Shown here one piece after another: positions 38,095-51,932 of a DNA stretch of 64,000 nt. Position numbers and translations under genes: made by a program. A model generated the notes under the pieces. It made no database searches. It was not told where the DNA came from and was given only the letters and a program-made list of their open reading frames with translations. The stretch's first letter is position 1; the number at the start of each line of letters is the position of its first letter. The stretch is from Podarcis erhardii (lineage: Eukaryota), in the NCBI GenBank assembly GCA_964252035.1, contig OZ176201.1; one strand, given 5' to 3'.

Positions 38095-39039
38095 CAGAAC
38101 TGAATGCCCAGTGGTCATGATTCATAATACTCTCTTAATATTCAGAGAATTGTTTAGGGAAAGATTCCCCCCCCCTTTGTGGTGAAAAGTCTGCTTTGGA
38201 ATAAGAATGCCTTGAAAAGCTCAGGAGTATATTATATTTCTCTTTATTTCTATCAGTGGAAACAAGAAGAAAATGTCAGGGGATTCTGGAGATTCTCTTT
38301 AATGAGCTGTAAACATAGCAGAAGGATTGAATATGGAACAGCAATTAACCAGAGTGTGGCAGGATGATGCTTTAACAACAACAACAACAAAACACAAAGC
38401 GATCTTGTAGAATTACTGATCAATTTCTATTGATTGTGGCCTCTTTTCCTTGCTTTGGCCATCAAAATGCCAATTACACTTTCACAGCAACCATTAAAAT
38501 AAAGGATTTGAAATGTACCCATCAAAAGGGCACTTCTCTTTTTCTTATCAGAAACAGTGTGAAATAATGGTTTTATATTTTGAACTACCTCTCTTTTTAA
38601 GAAGCCCCCCTCTTTTTCTTTTTTAAAAACTATCCTCTGCATTGGTACTCACAAAGATGACGTGAATATAAAGAAACAGGATCATAATAAAATGCTCATA
38701 TAAATGACTGTAAGTTAGTCCTACGTATATTTGCTAGATCACCAGATAGCAGATGAAAGACATGACTAATGCTGGCTGTGATACATTGAATGCCTAGATG
38801 CACAATTATAATGTGAGGAACAATCAATATAAAAAAGAAAGAAAACTGGATGTTCTCAAGAGGATGCTATTGACATGGGATGAATACTAAACAAACCCAG
38901 CTTCACCCAAGGCATGATGGATAACAGCAACAACCAGGAAAAGACAGACATAACATTTTACAAGGACAGGAAGAAACACCACGGACAGAATAATTGCCAC
39001 ACACAGGAAGAACAAAGATATAGTTTGAGTGCCTTGCTT

Positions 39040-39575
39040 GTAGTTTTATGAATAATTTAATGTGTCAACACGAATAGAAGTTATTAATATTGCAGTTGTT
39101 GTACAGTGGTACCTCGGGTTAAGTACTTAATTCGTTCCGGAGGTCCGTTCTTAACCTGAAACTGTTCTTAACCTGAAGCACCACTTTAGCTAATGGGGCC
39201 TCCTGCTGCTTCCACGCCGCCAGAACATGATTTCTGTTCTCATCCTGAAGCAACGTTCTTAACCCGAGGTACTATTTCTGGGTTAGTGTAGTCTGTAACC
39301 TGAAGCGTATGTAACCTGAAGCGTATGTAACCCGAGGTACCACTGTATAAGGGATTGTTATTATGACCAGAATGTAATTGAAATTAATAAGATTTTGGAA
39401 TGCAGAAATAAAGAAAATCATTGTACAATCAATTATAGCATGCGGGTGGGGGCACCTAAATTATGTAATTCGGTATTTGAATGATTGGTATTAGCAACTG
39501 CATTAGAAATTGGTATTGTTATAATGAAGTTATTATTGGATTGTAATTGAAAACTAATAAAAATTATTATAACCC
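39040..39575 (+). mobile_element. Probable L1-type 3' UTR interrupted by a MITE
   Basis: AT-rich tract ending gaaaactaataaaaattatt, similar to the other L1 3' ends in the window. Confidence 0.35.
39104..39345. mobile_element. Tc1/mariner (Tigger-like) MITE, cagtggtacctc family
   Basis: TIRs cagtggtacctcgggtta / taacccgaggtaccactg with TA TSD. Confidence 0.9.
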
Positions 39576-40561
39576 CCAAAAAACTAAACAAATCCATATT
39601 CTTTAAGAAGAAATAAAAGTATTAAAAGCTGGTGGTTTGTGTGTGTGTGTGTGTGCTTTCCCAGTTGTTAATTAATCGGGATGCTTTATTTACCTGATTT
39701 GTGAACGATTTAACTGTTCAGGTGCATCATCACCAGTCTATGCAGAGGCATAAAGAAGACTAGATATTCACCTAGTCTCTGCCATGCCATGCCCTTTCTT
39801 CTGTGCACCAGTATGAAGATCTAGCAGCAAAATATTGTGGCAGCCAGCAAGAAGACAGTCTGGTTTTTAACATGTCCAAACTCCATTTGAGTAATCCATG
39901 ATAATCCACTCACTTGGGAGCTTGTTCACATTGTCATATCTGATTTGAATAATTTCTTCTGAGTTTTCCAAATCTTTCTCAATATTTAGGTGAATGGTTT
40001 GTTCACATATTACCGGTACTTGGGACATCTGTATCACTGTATTCCATCACCAGCTCCCTATATCTGAATAGAAATAGACACTGCATCTTCTGCTTAGTGG
40101 AAAAGGTTATATATATTTTTTTCCAGAATTCATTGAACCTGGCTGACTAGACACATTTTCTGATCCTGAGCCACATGGAACTCTCCCCTTCACCCTATTA
40201 TTATGACAGAATATTACATTCAAGAGATACTCACAAATAAACCCAACTGCTGCATCCAAGAAAAATAAAATAAAAGTATGGTTTTAGTCAACTTTACACA
40301 AACTCACTAGGCTTATGTGGGTCTGTGTCCCCACAGTAGCTGCCCAGATGCCATCTCAATGGGGCATCTCATCTACAGGGCTGGTTTTGTGAGAATGAAA
40401 TACTGTCTCATGCATTTCATTCACCAATCCATTTTTTTCAGGCTGTTGGACTTGGGGTTTTTTTTGGGGGGGGGGAGGATACCTTATTCTGAAGAGAAGA
40501 GAATGACTTTAAAAAGACTTGGTTATCACTCGTTTCCTTGAAAGAAAAACCCTCTCTAGAG

Positions 40562-40900
40562 CAATGGCGGAGGAAGCCTCTCGGGCAACTGGTGTGGCGT
40601 GCTGAGGCATGGGGCAAACCGCCCATAGCGGGGCAAACCTTCCTGGTGACGCACAATACGGATGCACAGATGGCGCATGCAGCACCCAATACAGACGGTG
40701 CATGCCACTGGGCCTCAGCCGCCCTACAGCTGTGGGGGAGGGTTGGCAGTGGGCGGATAGAGTGGAGCCTGCAGGCACCTGAGACGTGTGGCTCAGGTGC
40801 GCTGCAGGCCCTGCGATGAGTGCAGCCAGCCATTTTGTCAACTCCCCTCAGGGTGACACCCAGGGCGGATGCACCCCCCACCCCCCTTCCTCCACCCCTG
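40562..40900. mobile_element. hAT (Charlie-type target) MITE
   Basis: TIRs caatggcggaggaag / cttcctccacccctg; 8-bp TSD ctctagag at 40554-40561 and 40901-40908. Confidence 0.85.
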
Positions 40901-42350
40901 CTCTAGAGCAAATTAGAATATGCAATTCCTATTGTTGTCAGCTGTGGCCATTTTGTCCGCCTCTTCCATGTGACTGTTTGGACCATCCAGTTATCATCTA
41001 CACTTCCCTGCTCAAAAAGTCAAATCTGTTAGACCCAGGTGTAGAAAATTATTTGCAGTTTGATGAAAGATGCACAGATCCAAATAATGCATTGGCTTTA
41101 TATTGCTTAGGATCTGATGACGGAGACCAGTTGGAATAGTTTCTCACACACCCTTGCCAGCTTTCAAATGATACAAACCGTGAAAGGCAAATGCCTTGAC
41201 TGATGAGTAATATCTTCTGTGACTTCCTAATCTGACCTTTTGTGCAATTATTTCAAATCACCATGTCTATATTTGACAAGCCGTAATTTCTGCTAACAGT
41301 CTGACAGTGTTCCAGGGAAATACCACCTCCGTTCTAAGAATCCTGCGCAGAAGTCATTTTCTTCCTGCACCCACTTCAAAGAAAAGATGCTGCAACTTTG
41401 CATAAAAGGGCAGTTTGATATTGGTTTGCTTCTGTTTCGAAGCTCAGAGACTATAATGCATGAGTGTGGGCGCAGAGTGCCCAGAGGATTTCCAGGGTTC
41501 ACTGCCTACCTGGTACGCTCAATAATCAAACAGGATTTTGAACCTAGAGATTCATATCTGAATCCCAAACTCTAGCTACCGTACCAGAACGATGACACTT
41601 ATTTCCAATAAAAGTTTCTTTAGGCACCGGATATGAATGACCTTCATGCCCCTTTTCATCTGTTCAGTGAATCATCCTGAAATATCTATTGAATTAGAGC
41701 TTGCTCAAACCTCTCACTCACTTCTTCATGTGTGCTAATGAATCATTTGTGATTATTTTCATTTTGGGTATGGAAGAGGATGTCTAATTGGAATGACTGC
41801 ACATTAATTTTACAGTGCAGTCCTCTGTGTGTCTGCTCAGAAATAGGCCCTACTGAGCTCAGTGGGGTTTACTTCCAGGTAGAATTGCAGCCTTAGTTAT
41901 TTACTGGTTTGACTTTCTGATATTTGCATTTAAGTACTTTGTTTTCTTCTCTTCTCCATATTTATTTATTCTTAAATGAATTGCTTCATTCATTTTTTAA
42001 AGTGGTTTTGTCTTCAAACTCCTTGAGTGTTGATTTCTTTTTTTCTTTTTAATCTATGTATATCAATTTCATTTGCTGTTCTGATAGAATCATTAAAATT
42101 GTATTCATCACACTTCAGGAAAAACTGTGTCTTAAGGAAAAAATTGTTGAGTGACTTTGTTAAACTCATCCCCATAGTAGGTTACAATATAGAAAAGGGG
42201 GTAGGGACCTCTTAATCCAAAACTCTTATTTAAGATAATAAATATAATTCTTTCTGCATTTTTTTTTTTTTTACAAAAGAAGAACAGTATCAGAATGTAT
42301 ATCACAGTCAGTTCCAATTTTATATTGTGTGTTGGACATGGGACAATGTA

Positions 42351-42592
42351 CAGTGGTACCTCAGGTTAAGAATTTAATTCGTTCTGGAGGTCCGTTGTTA
42401 ACCTGAAACTGTTCTCAACCTGAGGTACCACATTAGCTAATGGGGCCTCCCGTTGCCACCACACTGCTGCCGCATGATTTCTGTTCTCATTCTGAAGCAA
42501 AGTTCTTAACCTGAGGTACTATTTCTGGGTTAGCAGAGACTGTAACCTGAAGTGTCTGTAACCAGAAGCATCTATAACCCGAGGTACCACTG
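42351..42592. mobile_element. Tc1/mariner (Tigger-like) MITE, same family as 39104-39345
   Basis: TIRs cagtggtacctc / gaggtaccactg with TA TSD; colinear with 39104-39345. Confidence 0.9.
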
Positions 42593-42656
42593 TAGTTTAC
42601 ATACCATTGCACCTTAAACACCAGTCTTATACATATTCACTACTTTGTAATATGTT

Positions 42657-43021
42657 AAAAAGGTAAAGGTACCCCTGCCCGTACAGGCCAGTCGTGTCCG
42701 ACTCTTGGGTTGTGTGCCCATCTCACTTAAGAGGCCGGGGGCCAGCGCTGTCCGGAGACACTTCCGGGTCACGTGGCCAGCGTGACAAAGCTGCTCTGGT
42801 GAGCCAGCACCAGCGCAGCACACGTAAACGCCGTTTACCTTCCCGCTATAAAGCGGTACCTATTTATCTACTTGCACTTAAGGGTGCTTTCGAACTGCTA
42901 GGTGGGCAGGAGCTGGGACCGAAAGATGGGAGCTCACCCAGCCGCAGGGATTTGAACCGCCGACCATGCGATCGGCAAGCCCTAGGTGCTGAGGTTTTAC
43001 CCACAGCACCACCCGCGTCCC
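42657..43021 (-). mobile_element. Sauria SINE (Squam1), full length, variant subfamily
   Basis: Homologous to the other copies; TSD ttgtaatatgtta at 42645-42657 and 43022-43034. Confidence 0.95.
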
Positions 43022-45999
43022 TTGTAATATGTTACTAGGAGAATATTTTCAGAATGGGAGGGAGGGTGTTCTGGATTCTTGTCTGGTTGGTCACCATTGG
43101 CTTTCATGTTTGTTTTATTACTTATTTGTTACATTCCTATCCTTTCCACCAAGAAGCATAAGATGGTATATATGGCTCATCCTCTTTTTATCTTCACAAA
43201 AGCTCTGTGGACTAGACTAAGACAGAATGACTCGCCCAAAAGCGAGTGGGATCTTGAACCTGTGACTCCTCAGTCCCACTCCAATAATATAACCACTGTA
43301 CTACACTATAATGATCGCCTGTGTCTGCAGAAACATACTCTGACATAGCACTCACAATCCTAATGACTACATCTGCAAAGATCATTCTGTATTTATGGGG
43401 GTTGTTTTTTGACTCAATTAGTCCTCACCATGTACTCCATATCCAAACTCCATATCCAAACTTACGTTTATTGTCATTTCCCCCCCACAGAGAATCGGGG
43501 GGGGGGGGGGGCTATGACTGCTAAATCTACTTCAGTCTGTAATGTAGATTTGTCCTATCTAAGGACACCGGGTTCAAACTGCAGGCCTAATTCTTGCTAT
43601 CTCCATTTCTCAAAGCACATTTTCATCATTTACAGTTCTGAAGGAGATACTGCTGTCATCTGCCCTATCTGTCTCAGTTATGGACCTCTATGGATTACGG
43701 CTACTGAATCCAGCATTTTTGGTCAGAATGACACAAAAGGCTTTCTTGGTTTCTCAATTGGTACATTGCACCTATGGGAGAGGTGTTAAGGAATGTGATC
43801 GCAAGCTGTCCACAGTTAGTCCCTAATAACAACAAAGAAGTAAAGCCACAAGACTAGAGGAAACATGATTCAGTATGCGCTGTCTAATCAATCCACTGTA
43901 AATTCAAAATACTATGCACCAGTAACATTATTTTGTATTGACTACTATTAAATTTAATAGGGATGTGCAAGAAAAAAATGCTGGTTATTTAATGAAAAGT
44001 TTCACTATTCATTTGTTTGCTTTCCATTCACTTTCACAACTGATTTGGAACAAATTTTCATTTTTATTAAAGTCTCAACAGGAGACCAAACCAATCTTTT
44101 GCTGCCTGTTACTTTGGTGTTTTCCATCCAGTTGGTATGATTCTGTCATGAAATCTACTAACCCTAAAAGGGACTGGACTTGCCAAATTCCAGATAGATT
44201 GGATAAAGTTTAGCCATTTTAAAGGCAATTTAAACAGAAACACTAACAGCCTCCCTTCCTCCCTTCCAGTAATCTTTATGTGACCTGTACAAGCTGTTCT
44301 AGTGGGACTCTAATTGAAGTGAATTAAACAAATGAGAAAGAAATGAGAGAGAATAGGTTTTCATTTGGAACTCATTTGTTTGAATGCCCATTCACTTATA
44401 TGACTGAAATCAATAAAACAAAGTGCATTTGTTTTATTTTTATTTTTAAAATTAATGCACATTTTTAAAAGTAATGACTTCTGAGTAGACACTGCACTCT
44501 TACCTCATGTATACACACATGAAATGTGTGTGCATCCATTATGCCCACAATCTGATTTTAAAAGGGCATGAATGCCTTACTTTGTCTCACCTGCTACATT
44601 CCAAAGGTTCTCAGCAAAATAATCTGTGGCTTAACGGATCAATCATGTCTGTTCATTTGGATGTATTGTTGCTCAGCTACACACTGTGCAGTATTTGCTA
44701 TCAGTCTAGAATGCTGTAATAAATTAGCTCCAGGAACTTGTTTGCAATCCACATATAGATTTAAGGTATTGATTCCTGGGATCTAAGGAGTTGAAAGCTG
44801 CACTGCTTTGGGGGGAAAGGTTGGGCTTAAGTTCACCCACGACATATCCCTTAATCCCAAAACCCCAATAATTAAAGACTTGGCTGTGGTGATGCTGAAA
44901 CATTGTGGATTTCTCCCAAAACAGACAATAGAACTTGAGTACTTTCACTAGTTCAGTCAGTCAGTCATTTATTTATTTATTTATTACCTCTACTGAACAT
45001 CCCTAGAGATGCAATTGCATGGAGGAAGCAAATTCTGGTCCAGAATTTCCCTTGGTCTAGCCACTGCTGATTAAAAATATATATGCTGCCATCACATTGA
45101 TGCTAAAGGGCTACCAGGGAGTGGCTGCTAAAAGCAGGTGACTGCCACCATATGCCTGCATTCCTGAGCTGACTAGAGCCCCAAAGCTCTGCACCTGGAG
45201 TGGCTCACCCAATGGGATAGGAATAACCTCCTTGAGGCAGTATTGCTGCTACTTACTGGGAGGGTGGAGGAGCAAGGCCAGGGCTCCATGGGTGCACCAG
45301 TGGAGCCAATCTGATGCCTCAACCCCTCATCGCCTGGTCCCTCCTGTTCTCAGTAAGTGGCAGAGGAACCACTGTCAGAAGGCTATTGCTGTGGCTCCAT
45401 CCCACTGGGCAAACCATTCCTGCTCTGTGCATAAGGATTTTGTAAAGGATGCATTAATGCTGTTTGAGGAAATTAGTTGCTAGGGATATTTAACATCCAT
45501 GTTAGGGGCTGGAGAATCTGAAAATATTATCTGAACTCTTGCCACATCAAGATGTAAATCCATAAAGCAGATTCGTACGTCAGGTACTTTATGCTAATGC
45601 GGGTGATGTGCCACTGCAAGAGCATTACCAGCAGAAGCTGCTGTGCTTCTTGACAAATCCAGCATCAAGTCTGCAACGCCATTTTTTCATACCGTCAGTT
45701 TCTCCTGGAAATTACTCTAGAGTTGATTGCACTTAATATGTCTGGCTGGCACTGCATTCATTCGCTGATCACTGTGTGTATATTAAAAGCAGCATTCTTA
45801 AGTGTTATTTACTGTGCTCTGGTGCAGTAAACACTTAGCTGTGTGAATACTCAAAAATCATGTATCATAGGAGATTTAGGGTTCCGCTTGAAAAATGGAA
45901 ATAAATATTTTGGTTAAAGGATAATTTGTTTTTGCTAATCAAGTAGTGTAAATAGTTTGAGTTATTTGAAGATTTTGTATGTATAACGTGGAGTAAATA

Positions 46000-46258
46000 C
46001 CATATTTTTTGTTCTATAAGACTCACTTTTTCCCTCCTAAAAAGTAAGGGGAAATGTCTGTACGTCTTATGGAGCGAATGCAGGCTGCACAGCTATCCCA
46101 GAAGCCAGAACAGCAAGAGGGATTGCTGCTTTCACTGCGCAGCGATCCCTCTTGCTGTTCTGGCTTCTGAGATTCTGAATATTTTTTTTCTTGTTTTCCT
46201 CCTCCAAAAACTAGGTGCGTCTTGTGGTCTGGTGCATCTTATAGAGCGAAAAATACGG
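46000..46258. mobile_element. Tc1/mariner-type MITE, same family as 2209-2468
   Basis: TIRs, TA flanks and shared internal sequence. Confidence 0.85.
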
Positions 46259-46283
46259 TACTTTGGATGGTGGGAAGCAGAAC

Positions 46284-46410
46284 AGAACTTAAGAAAACAA
46301 GAGCATATGAGAAGCAGAACCCAAATAAACCTTGTATTGTGCACCTCTGAGATTTAATCTTCTCTGGGAAAGGGTGACAGTTGCCTCAGGCATCAGATGC
46401 TCTGAGGCAA
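46284..46410 (+). repeat. Left arm of a perfect 127-bp inverted repeat
   Basis: Base-by-base reverse complement of 48284-48410. Confidence 0.95.
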
Positions 46411-46429
46411 ATAGGTGGGGTATAAATAA

Positions 46430-46487
<58 letters not shown>
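46411..46487 (+). mobile_element. Detached L2 terminal segment with (att)n tail
   Basis: ggtggggtataaataaatt(att)n, as at 21445-21523. Confidence 0.75.
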
Positions 46488-46489
<2 letters not shown>

Positions 46490-46741
46490 TTTATTGTAAA
46501 AATCATCTACTGCTGTGTTTTAACAAAAACTAACAAATAAATCAGAGCTCCACGGGCACCTTCCATGGGCCATATTTGAAAAGTGAGTGGTGCTGTTCAT
46601 CTGTCAATCATCTGACATTACAAAAAATGGTATGGCTACATGTCATATGGCAACAGAAAGAAGAGGAGCCAGGATTGAATACAGGCCTCAGCACTATATT
46701 TCTTACATGTTCTACTAGCCTACTGCTTGAAAATGGGATTA

Positions 46742-47179
46742 CCGTATTTTTCGCCCTATAGGACGCATTTTTCCCCTCCAAAAATGAAGGGGAAATGTGT
46801 GTGCGTCCTATGGGGCAAATGCAGGCTTTCGCTGAAGCCTGGAGAGCGAGAGGGGTCGGTGCGCACTGACCCCTCTCGCTCTCCAGGCTTCACGGACCTC
46901 TCCGCAAGCAGCAGGAGCGCTCCCGCTGCTTGCGGAGAGTTGCCTGCATGCTGAAGCCTGCCCTCGCTGAGCTCAGCACGTCCAGGCTTCGCGGACCTCT
47001 CAGCAAGCAGCGGGAGCCAGCGCTGGGCTCCTACGGCTTGCAGAGAGCTGCCTGTTTGGGAGCTGGGGTCGGGGGAAGCTCGGGCCTTGGGGGGGAAAAT
47101 ATTTTTCCCCCTTTATTTCCCCCCAAAAAAACTAGGTGCGCCTTATGGGACGGTGCGTCCTATAGGGCGAAAAATACGG
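46742..47179. mobile_element. Tc1/mariner-type MITE, long variant
   Basis: TIRs ccgtatttttcgccctata / tatagggcgaaaaatacgg, TA TSD, and a GC-rich hairpin interior. Confidence 0.88.
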
Positions 47180-48283
47180 TAGATCTGTTACGATAACAAT
47201 ATTCGCCTCCTACTGGCCATGAGGAAGACCTAACAATTAGAGCTTTCCTTTTGCTACATCAGCTTCCAGTGCCAAAGAGGCAAGTCACTCATCATTTTTT
47301 TAAGTGGCTTGCCTCTTCAGAAATGGAAGCTGCTGCAAAGGAATATGCAAAGAAATCTCCAGCTTGTATGAATGGCTTCTGCATAAATGACTTCTTTGGA
47401 TCACAGTCCTGGCTTGCAGTTTACAAATACAGCTTGGCTTTCATTTGTCCCCTGAGAGGCCTAAATCATGTTACTTTTCTGCAGGGAAAGAACTGCCTGC
47501 AGTGACTGAGTGGGAAGGCGTTCCTCTGCACTTGCTTAAAGATTACTTGAGTGGGAAAGAACAGACCTATCACCCCCTCAGAAAAAGGAGGGCGCTCATT
47601 TCTTTTCAGAACTCAACTTTTGCATTTGTTATCTGTCTTTTCTTTTCTCCAAGTGTGCTTCAGCCTTTGAGTGGTCTTTACTGAAGACAAATAACACTGT
47701 GCTTCTGAGGAGGAAAGGGAAAAGAAATAAGAGTTATATGCATAATGTAAGAATTTTGTTGTCTGCATTAAAAAGACTCCTACAAATCAATCTACCACTA
47801 AATGAAAACAAAGCTAAAAAGAGAATATAACAAATACATTGCGTTTATATAACATCTTTTTTTTGGGGGGGTGGTAATTTTGTTGCCAGAGGTACAGTAG
47901 CGAATGATACACACAAGTGCATAGTACACCTAAATATTCACCAAATTTGCATTAAAAGAGCTTTTTTTTCCCCTGATCAGTATCTATACCAAACATCATC
48001 TACACAATTTTTGTGCTGGCCTACTCTACTTATGTGGCCAAAGATTTGTTGTTGTTGTTTGATTGTTTTTGCAGTGGGACAAACCCAAAGAACTGAAGTG
48101 AGGTCAGAACTGAATAAATCTGCTATAAGGCACAGAATAGCCTATGGGATTGTTCATTCTCCTCCATCCCATTTTCTCACACTGTATTTACCTATGAGGA
48201 ATTAGTTGTGCAGCCTGATCCTATCTCTATGTGGGAGGCTCAGGAGGAATGGCCAGGAAGAGAAGATTGAGGAGCTGCCATCC

Positions 48284-48410
48284 TTGCCTCAGAGCATCTG
48301 ATGCCTGAGGCAACTGTCACCCTTTCCCAGAGAAGATTAAATCTCAGAGGTGCACAATACAAGGTTTATTTGGGTTCTGCTTCTCATATGCTCTTGTTTT
48401 CTTAAGTTCT
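48284..48410 (-). repeat. Right arm of a perfect 127-bp inverted repeat
   Basis: Reverse complement of 46284-46410. Confidence 0.95.
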
Positions 48411-48545
48411 CTGGGTGGCTTCCAACAAAAGATTAAAAATACATTTAAACATCAGCCATTAAAAACTTCCCTAAACAGGGCTGCCTTCAGATGTCTTCTA
48501 AACGTCAGACAGTTGTTGATTTCTTTGACATCTGATGGGAGGGCT
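48411..48545 (-). mobile_element. L2 3' body lacking its terminal segment
   Basis: Minus strand gccctcccatcagatgtcaaag...gaagacatctgaaggcagccctgtttagggaag...gaagccacccag is homologous to 21286-21418. Confidence 0.8.
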
Positions 48546-49994
48546 TCAAGTTAGAAGCTTCATCTAAGTTTTAAAAATAATAATCCTACTTTAAACAACT
48601 CCACAAGTCATTTTGGACAACTTCACATTGTAAAACCTATCAAAGGCCTGTAAGGCCTATTGGAGGATGCAAACTCCCAAATGAAGCTAGGGAGCTTGGT
48701 GAGTATGAAGCTGCAGTTTTTAAAAAATGTACAGAGAAGAATACACGCCCTTCAGAAGCGATATGTGAATCCCTTTTATTTGTTGCACCAAAACAAAACA
48801 ACATCTTGCACCTACTTGTCTGCAATTTGAAAGAAAGTCAAGGGACTTTCTCAGCCTTTAGGGTGAGAGGGGCTCCTCAGCCTTTAAATGTCACCCAATT
48901 TGGCCAAGTGGAGGAAATGTTTTAGCTCTTTTTAGATTCCCCCCCCATTACTGTGAATGGAGAACTTTGTCGTATACAGAGCAGCTTGCTACCCAAAAAA
49001 CAAAACAGGGAGACCAACTTGGAAACCAATCAGAAAAAAAATAATAACCTCAAAGAAACACATTTAAGATAATACTTGGAGTCTATGCATTTCCCTGATA
49101 TATAAAATGAAAAGTGTACACTAAAATAACTGCAAAATTTAATGCAGATTTTTAAAAAATGCAATCTGGTGCAGAAATTGGGTGAACTGAATTTAAGCCC
49201 AGAAACTGAGAGAACCTAAGACACTTGTCCATCCCTAAATTCCTACCACAAATACCTGTATCCTGAAATGGCTTATTATTTAATTAATTTAGATTTACTA
49301 TTTATATGCCAAGAGTGTCTTTTCTTTATGTCTGCATTAAGTTTTCCTGATTTTTAAACCTTAGTCCACATTTGCTCCTTGATTCAGTTTACATGCCTTC
49401 ATATGTTTTATGTAGGCTTGGACGATTTTTGCTTAGCTTGTAAGATTCAAGCTGAATCTTACACTGGAAAGCAACAAATCTGGCTTGCGTCCAGGCTGGG
49501 CAAATGCACAAGTGCGTCTTCTGCAAACCTACAGTAAGTAACTGTGTTCATTGCAGTTACTGATTAACGTAAACCTGGGTGTTGTTTGTCTAGCGTTGAT
49601 TGCCACATGGTTCTCAGTTCATTTAAAAATTTACTCAGTCCCAAAAGAAGCTAAAAGCTAAAGCAGAGCTTTGAAATTTTTTTGTCACCTCATCAAATCT
49701 GGACAGAGTTTAATGGCTTCTTGTTAAAGTTCCATTTTTTCCATTTACATGGCTTATTGACATTCTAGGTCACTTCGAAAGCAAGATTGCCTGGGTCAAC
49801 AATTTGTATGGAAAAGAACTCCCTTCTGTGTTGGTAACAGAAAGAACAAGAATAACTCAGATCCCCATTAATGTGTTGGAATGAAGAATTAACTCTAGGC
49901 TTTTTTATTATTTGTAGCAATTTCCACAAAAATAAATTAGGTAGCAACACGTACAGTATCTCATCATGAATAAAACCCCTTTCTCATGACGGAT

Positions 49995-50165
49995 AGTCAG
50001 TCATCCTCTGCTCAAAAACCTCCAACGTAGGAGAATCCGTCACCTTTTGAGGGAGTCCATTTTACTGTCAAAAACTCTTACCACCAGAAAATTCTTCCTG
50101 ATTTTTAGTTGGAATCTCCTTTCTTGCAACTTGAAGCCATTGGTTTGGGTCCTACCCGCTGGAGA
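49995..50165 (-). mobile_element. CR1 LINE ORF2 3' fragment
   Basis: Minus strand encodes NGLPQKVTDSPTLEVFEQR. Confidence 0.75.
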
Positions 50166-50908
50166 AAACAAGTGTGTCCCACTATAACACTTGGCAACTT
50201 CTCAGTCAGACTGTGAACCTTTGCACCTGGAAAACAAGCACAACTCCCAGGACATTACAGCACAAAGCTACCATGATTTTCTAGGTTAGCGGTGCTGCAA
50301 ACAGATTTTCTCTAGAAGCAAATAATACAAAAATCAGCACTAAATTTCCACAACATTTCACTATCTTTCCAGCAGTTAATTTATTGTGTGAAAGATCACA
50401 TAAAATGTGGAAATTATTGGGTAAGGAAACATCAAGAAAACAGAATAAAATGCTGTCTAGATGCAGTCAAAGTCTGACAATTCAACAGTAAATGTTCTCT
50501 GTGTAAGCTGTCTACATTGACAAAATTGCATTTGTTTCATTTTTTTACCGTGTACTTAATAAACATGTGAGTTGTCAACTTGGTGGAAGAGAGGTGATTA
50601 TGTCTGTTCCATAAATGCCTGGAATATTATTACTATTTTTCATTATTTATACAGCACACTGTGTCGTTGACATTTTACAGGGTAACATAACCAGACAAGA
50701 AAGGTGCCCTGCCCTAGGAATCTTACAACACAAATGAAAATGTAAACGAAGCCTTGAATATGTTTTGAGAATTGCAAAGTTATGGTATTTAGGGAGAAAG
50801 GTGAAGAAAGAGAAAGGCAGTGCCATTTACTAAGGGTCTCAACTAGGGTAGGAACTGCTGTGCAGGACTGACAGGAGAAGGTAACCCACCCTCGCTTACA
50901 CCTTAGAG

Positions 50909-51727
50909 TAGGGTTACCAGCTTTTTTCCAAAGAATCTGGGGACACTTTAAAAAAAAAAAGAAAAGAGAGAGAGAGAAAGGTTATTTTTTAAAAATCATT
51001 TTTTTAAAAAAATTAAGAAGCAATATCTTCTCTTCTGGGTCTCCTCTGTCACACGGCCTTCCTCTGGGCCCCGGCCTGATCTCCTGGAGTGCTAGCTGCC
51101 GTGGAGTAGGCTCGGGTCGGGCCTGGGCTTGGCCACATGTCCTTGCCCTGCCGGTGCTTTCCTACCTCTCTTCCTTAGCGGTGGTGGTGGCGGCAGCAGC
51201 AGCATGGCAAGGTCGGGGCTCCACTCTTTTTTCTCCTTCCTCTTTCTTTCTCTTCATTCTCCTTCCCTTCTTCTCCCTGTGTTGGCTCCGGGGGTTTTAC
51301 TAGCCCTGGAGCACCTCTGGACAGTCAGCCAAGTGGCCGGGCGCTCTCACTCCCGGCTCGATCTGGGTTATGGGGGGGTATCAACGGTTCCCCCAGTTGA
51401 CATGCCAGGCATCCCCAGTTCCCCCTCAGCAGTAGCAGTGGCAGTCTCAGCAGCCCGGAGCCAGCCTGGTAGTGCAGTTGGCTCTGGCTTGCTTCAGGCT
51501 GTGGCACCCGCCATTTTGCCTCGCCGGAAGTCCCTATATGTTGTGTCTTGTGCCGTTGAACCAATCATGCAACATTCATTCCCTACTAATAAATCTACAA
51601 CACTTAAAATATAAATCCGGGGACATTAAATGAAATCTGGGGACATTCCGGGGACGGATTTTGTCTGGGGGGCAGATTTGTAAATCCAGGGACTGTCCCC
51701 GGGAAACGGAGACGTCTGGTAACCATA
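50909..51727. mobile_element. Non-autonomous hAT element
   Basis: TIRs tagggttaccag / ctggtaaccata; 8-bp TSD ccttagag at 50901-50908 and 51728-51735; subterminal gggaca repeats. Confidence 0.9.
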
Positions 51728-51932
51728 CCTTAGAGATGGAGACACCCTCATTGTAAGAGGAGATTGAGAAGTTACTTCCTTGCAGATCTAGCAAGTTAAT
51801 TAATAATGTAGCTATTATTCAATGTGTATTTGGTGTCATATGCATTTATTTCATTGTTGGGGCAATGAAAGCAGTCATTCTGACAAGCAGGCATAAGGTT
51901 GGTGACTTTCAACTTTTGGTTAACTATTTAAG

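Noticed and set aside
49416-49533. Possible 118-nt exon with one open frame
   Set aside because: Unrecognised peptide; an open frame of this length is common by chance.
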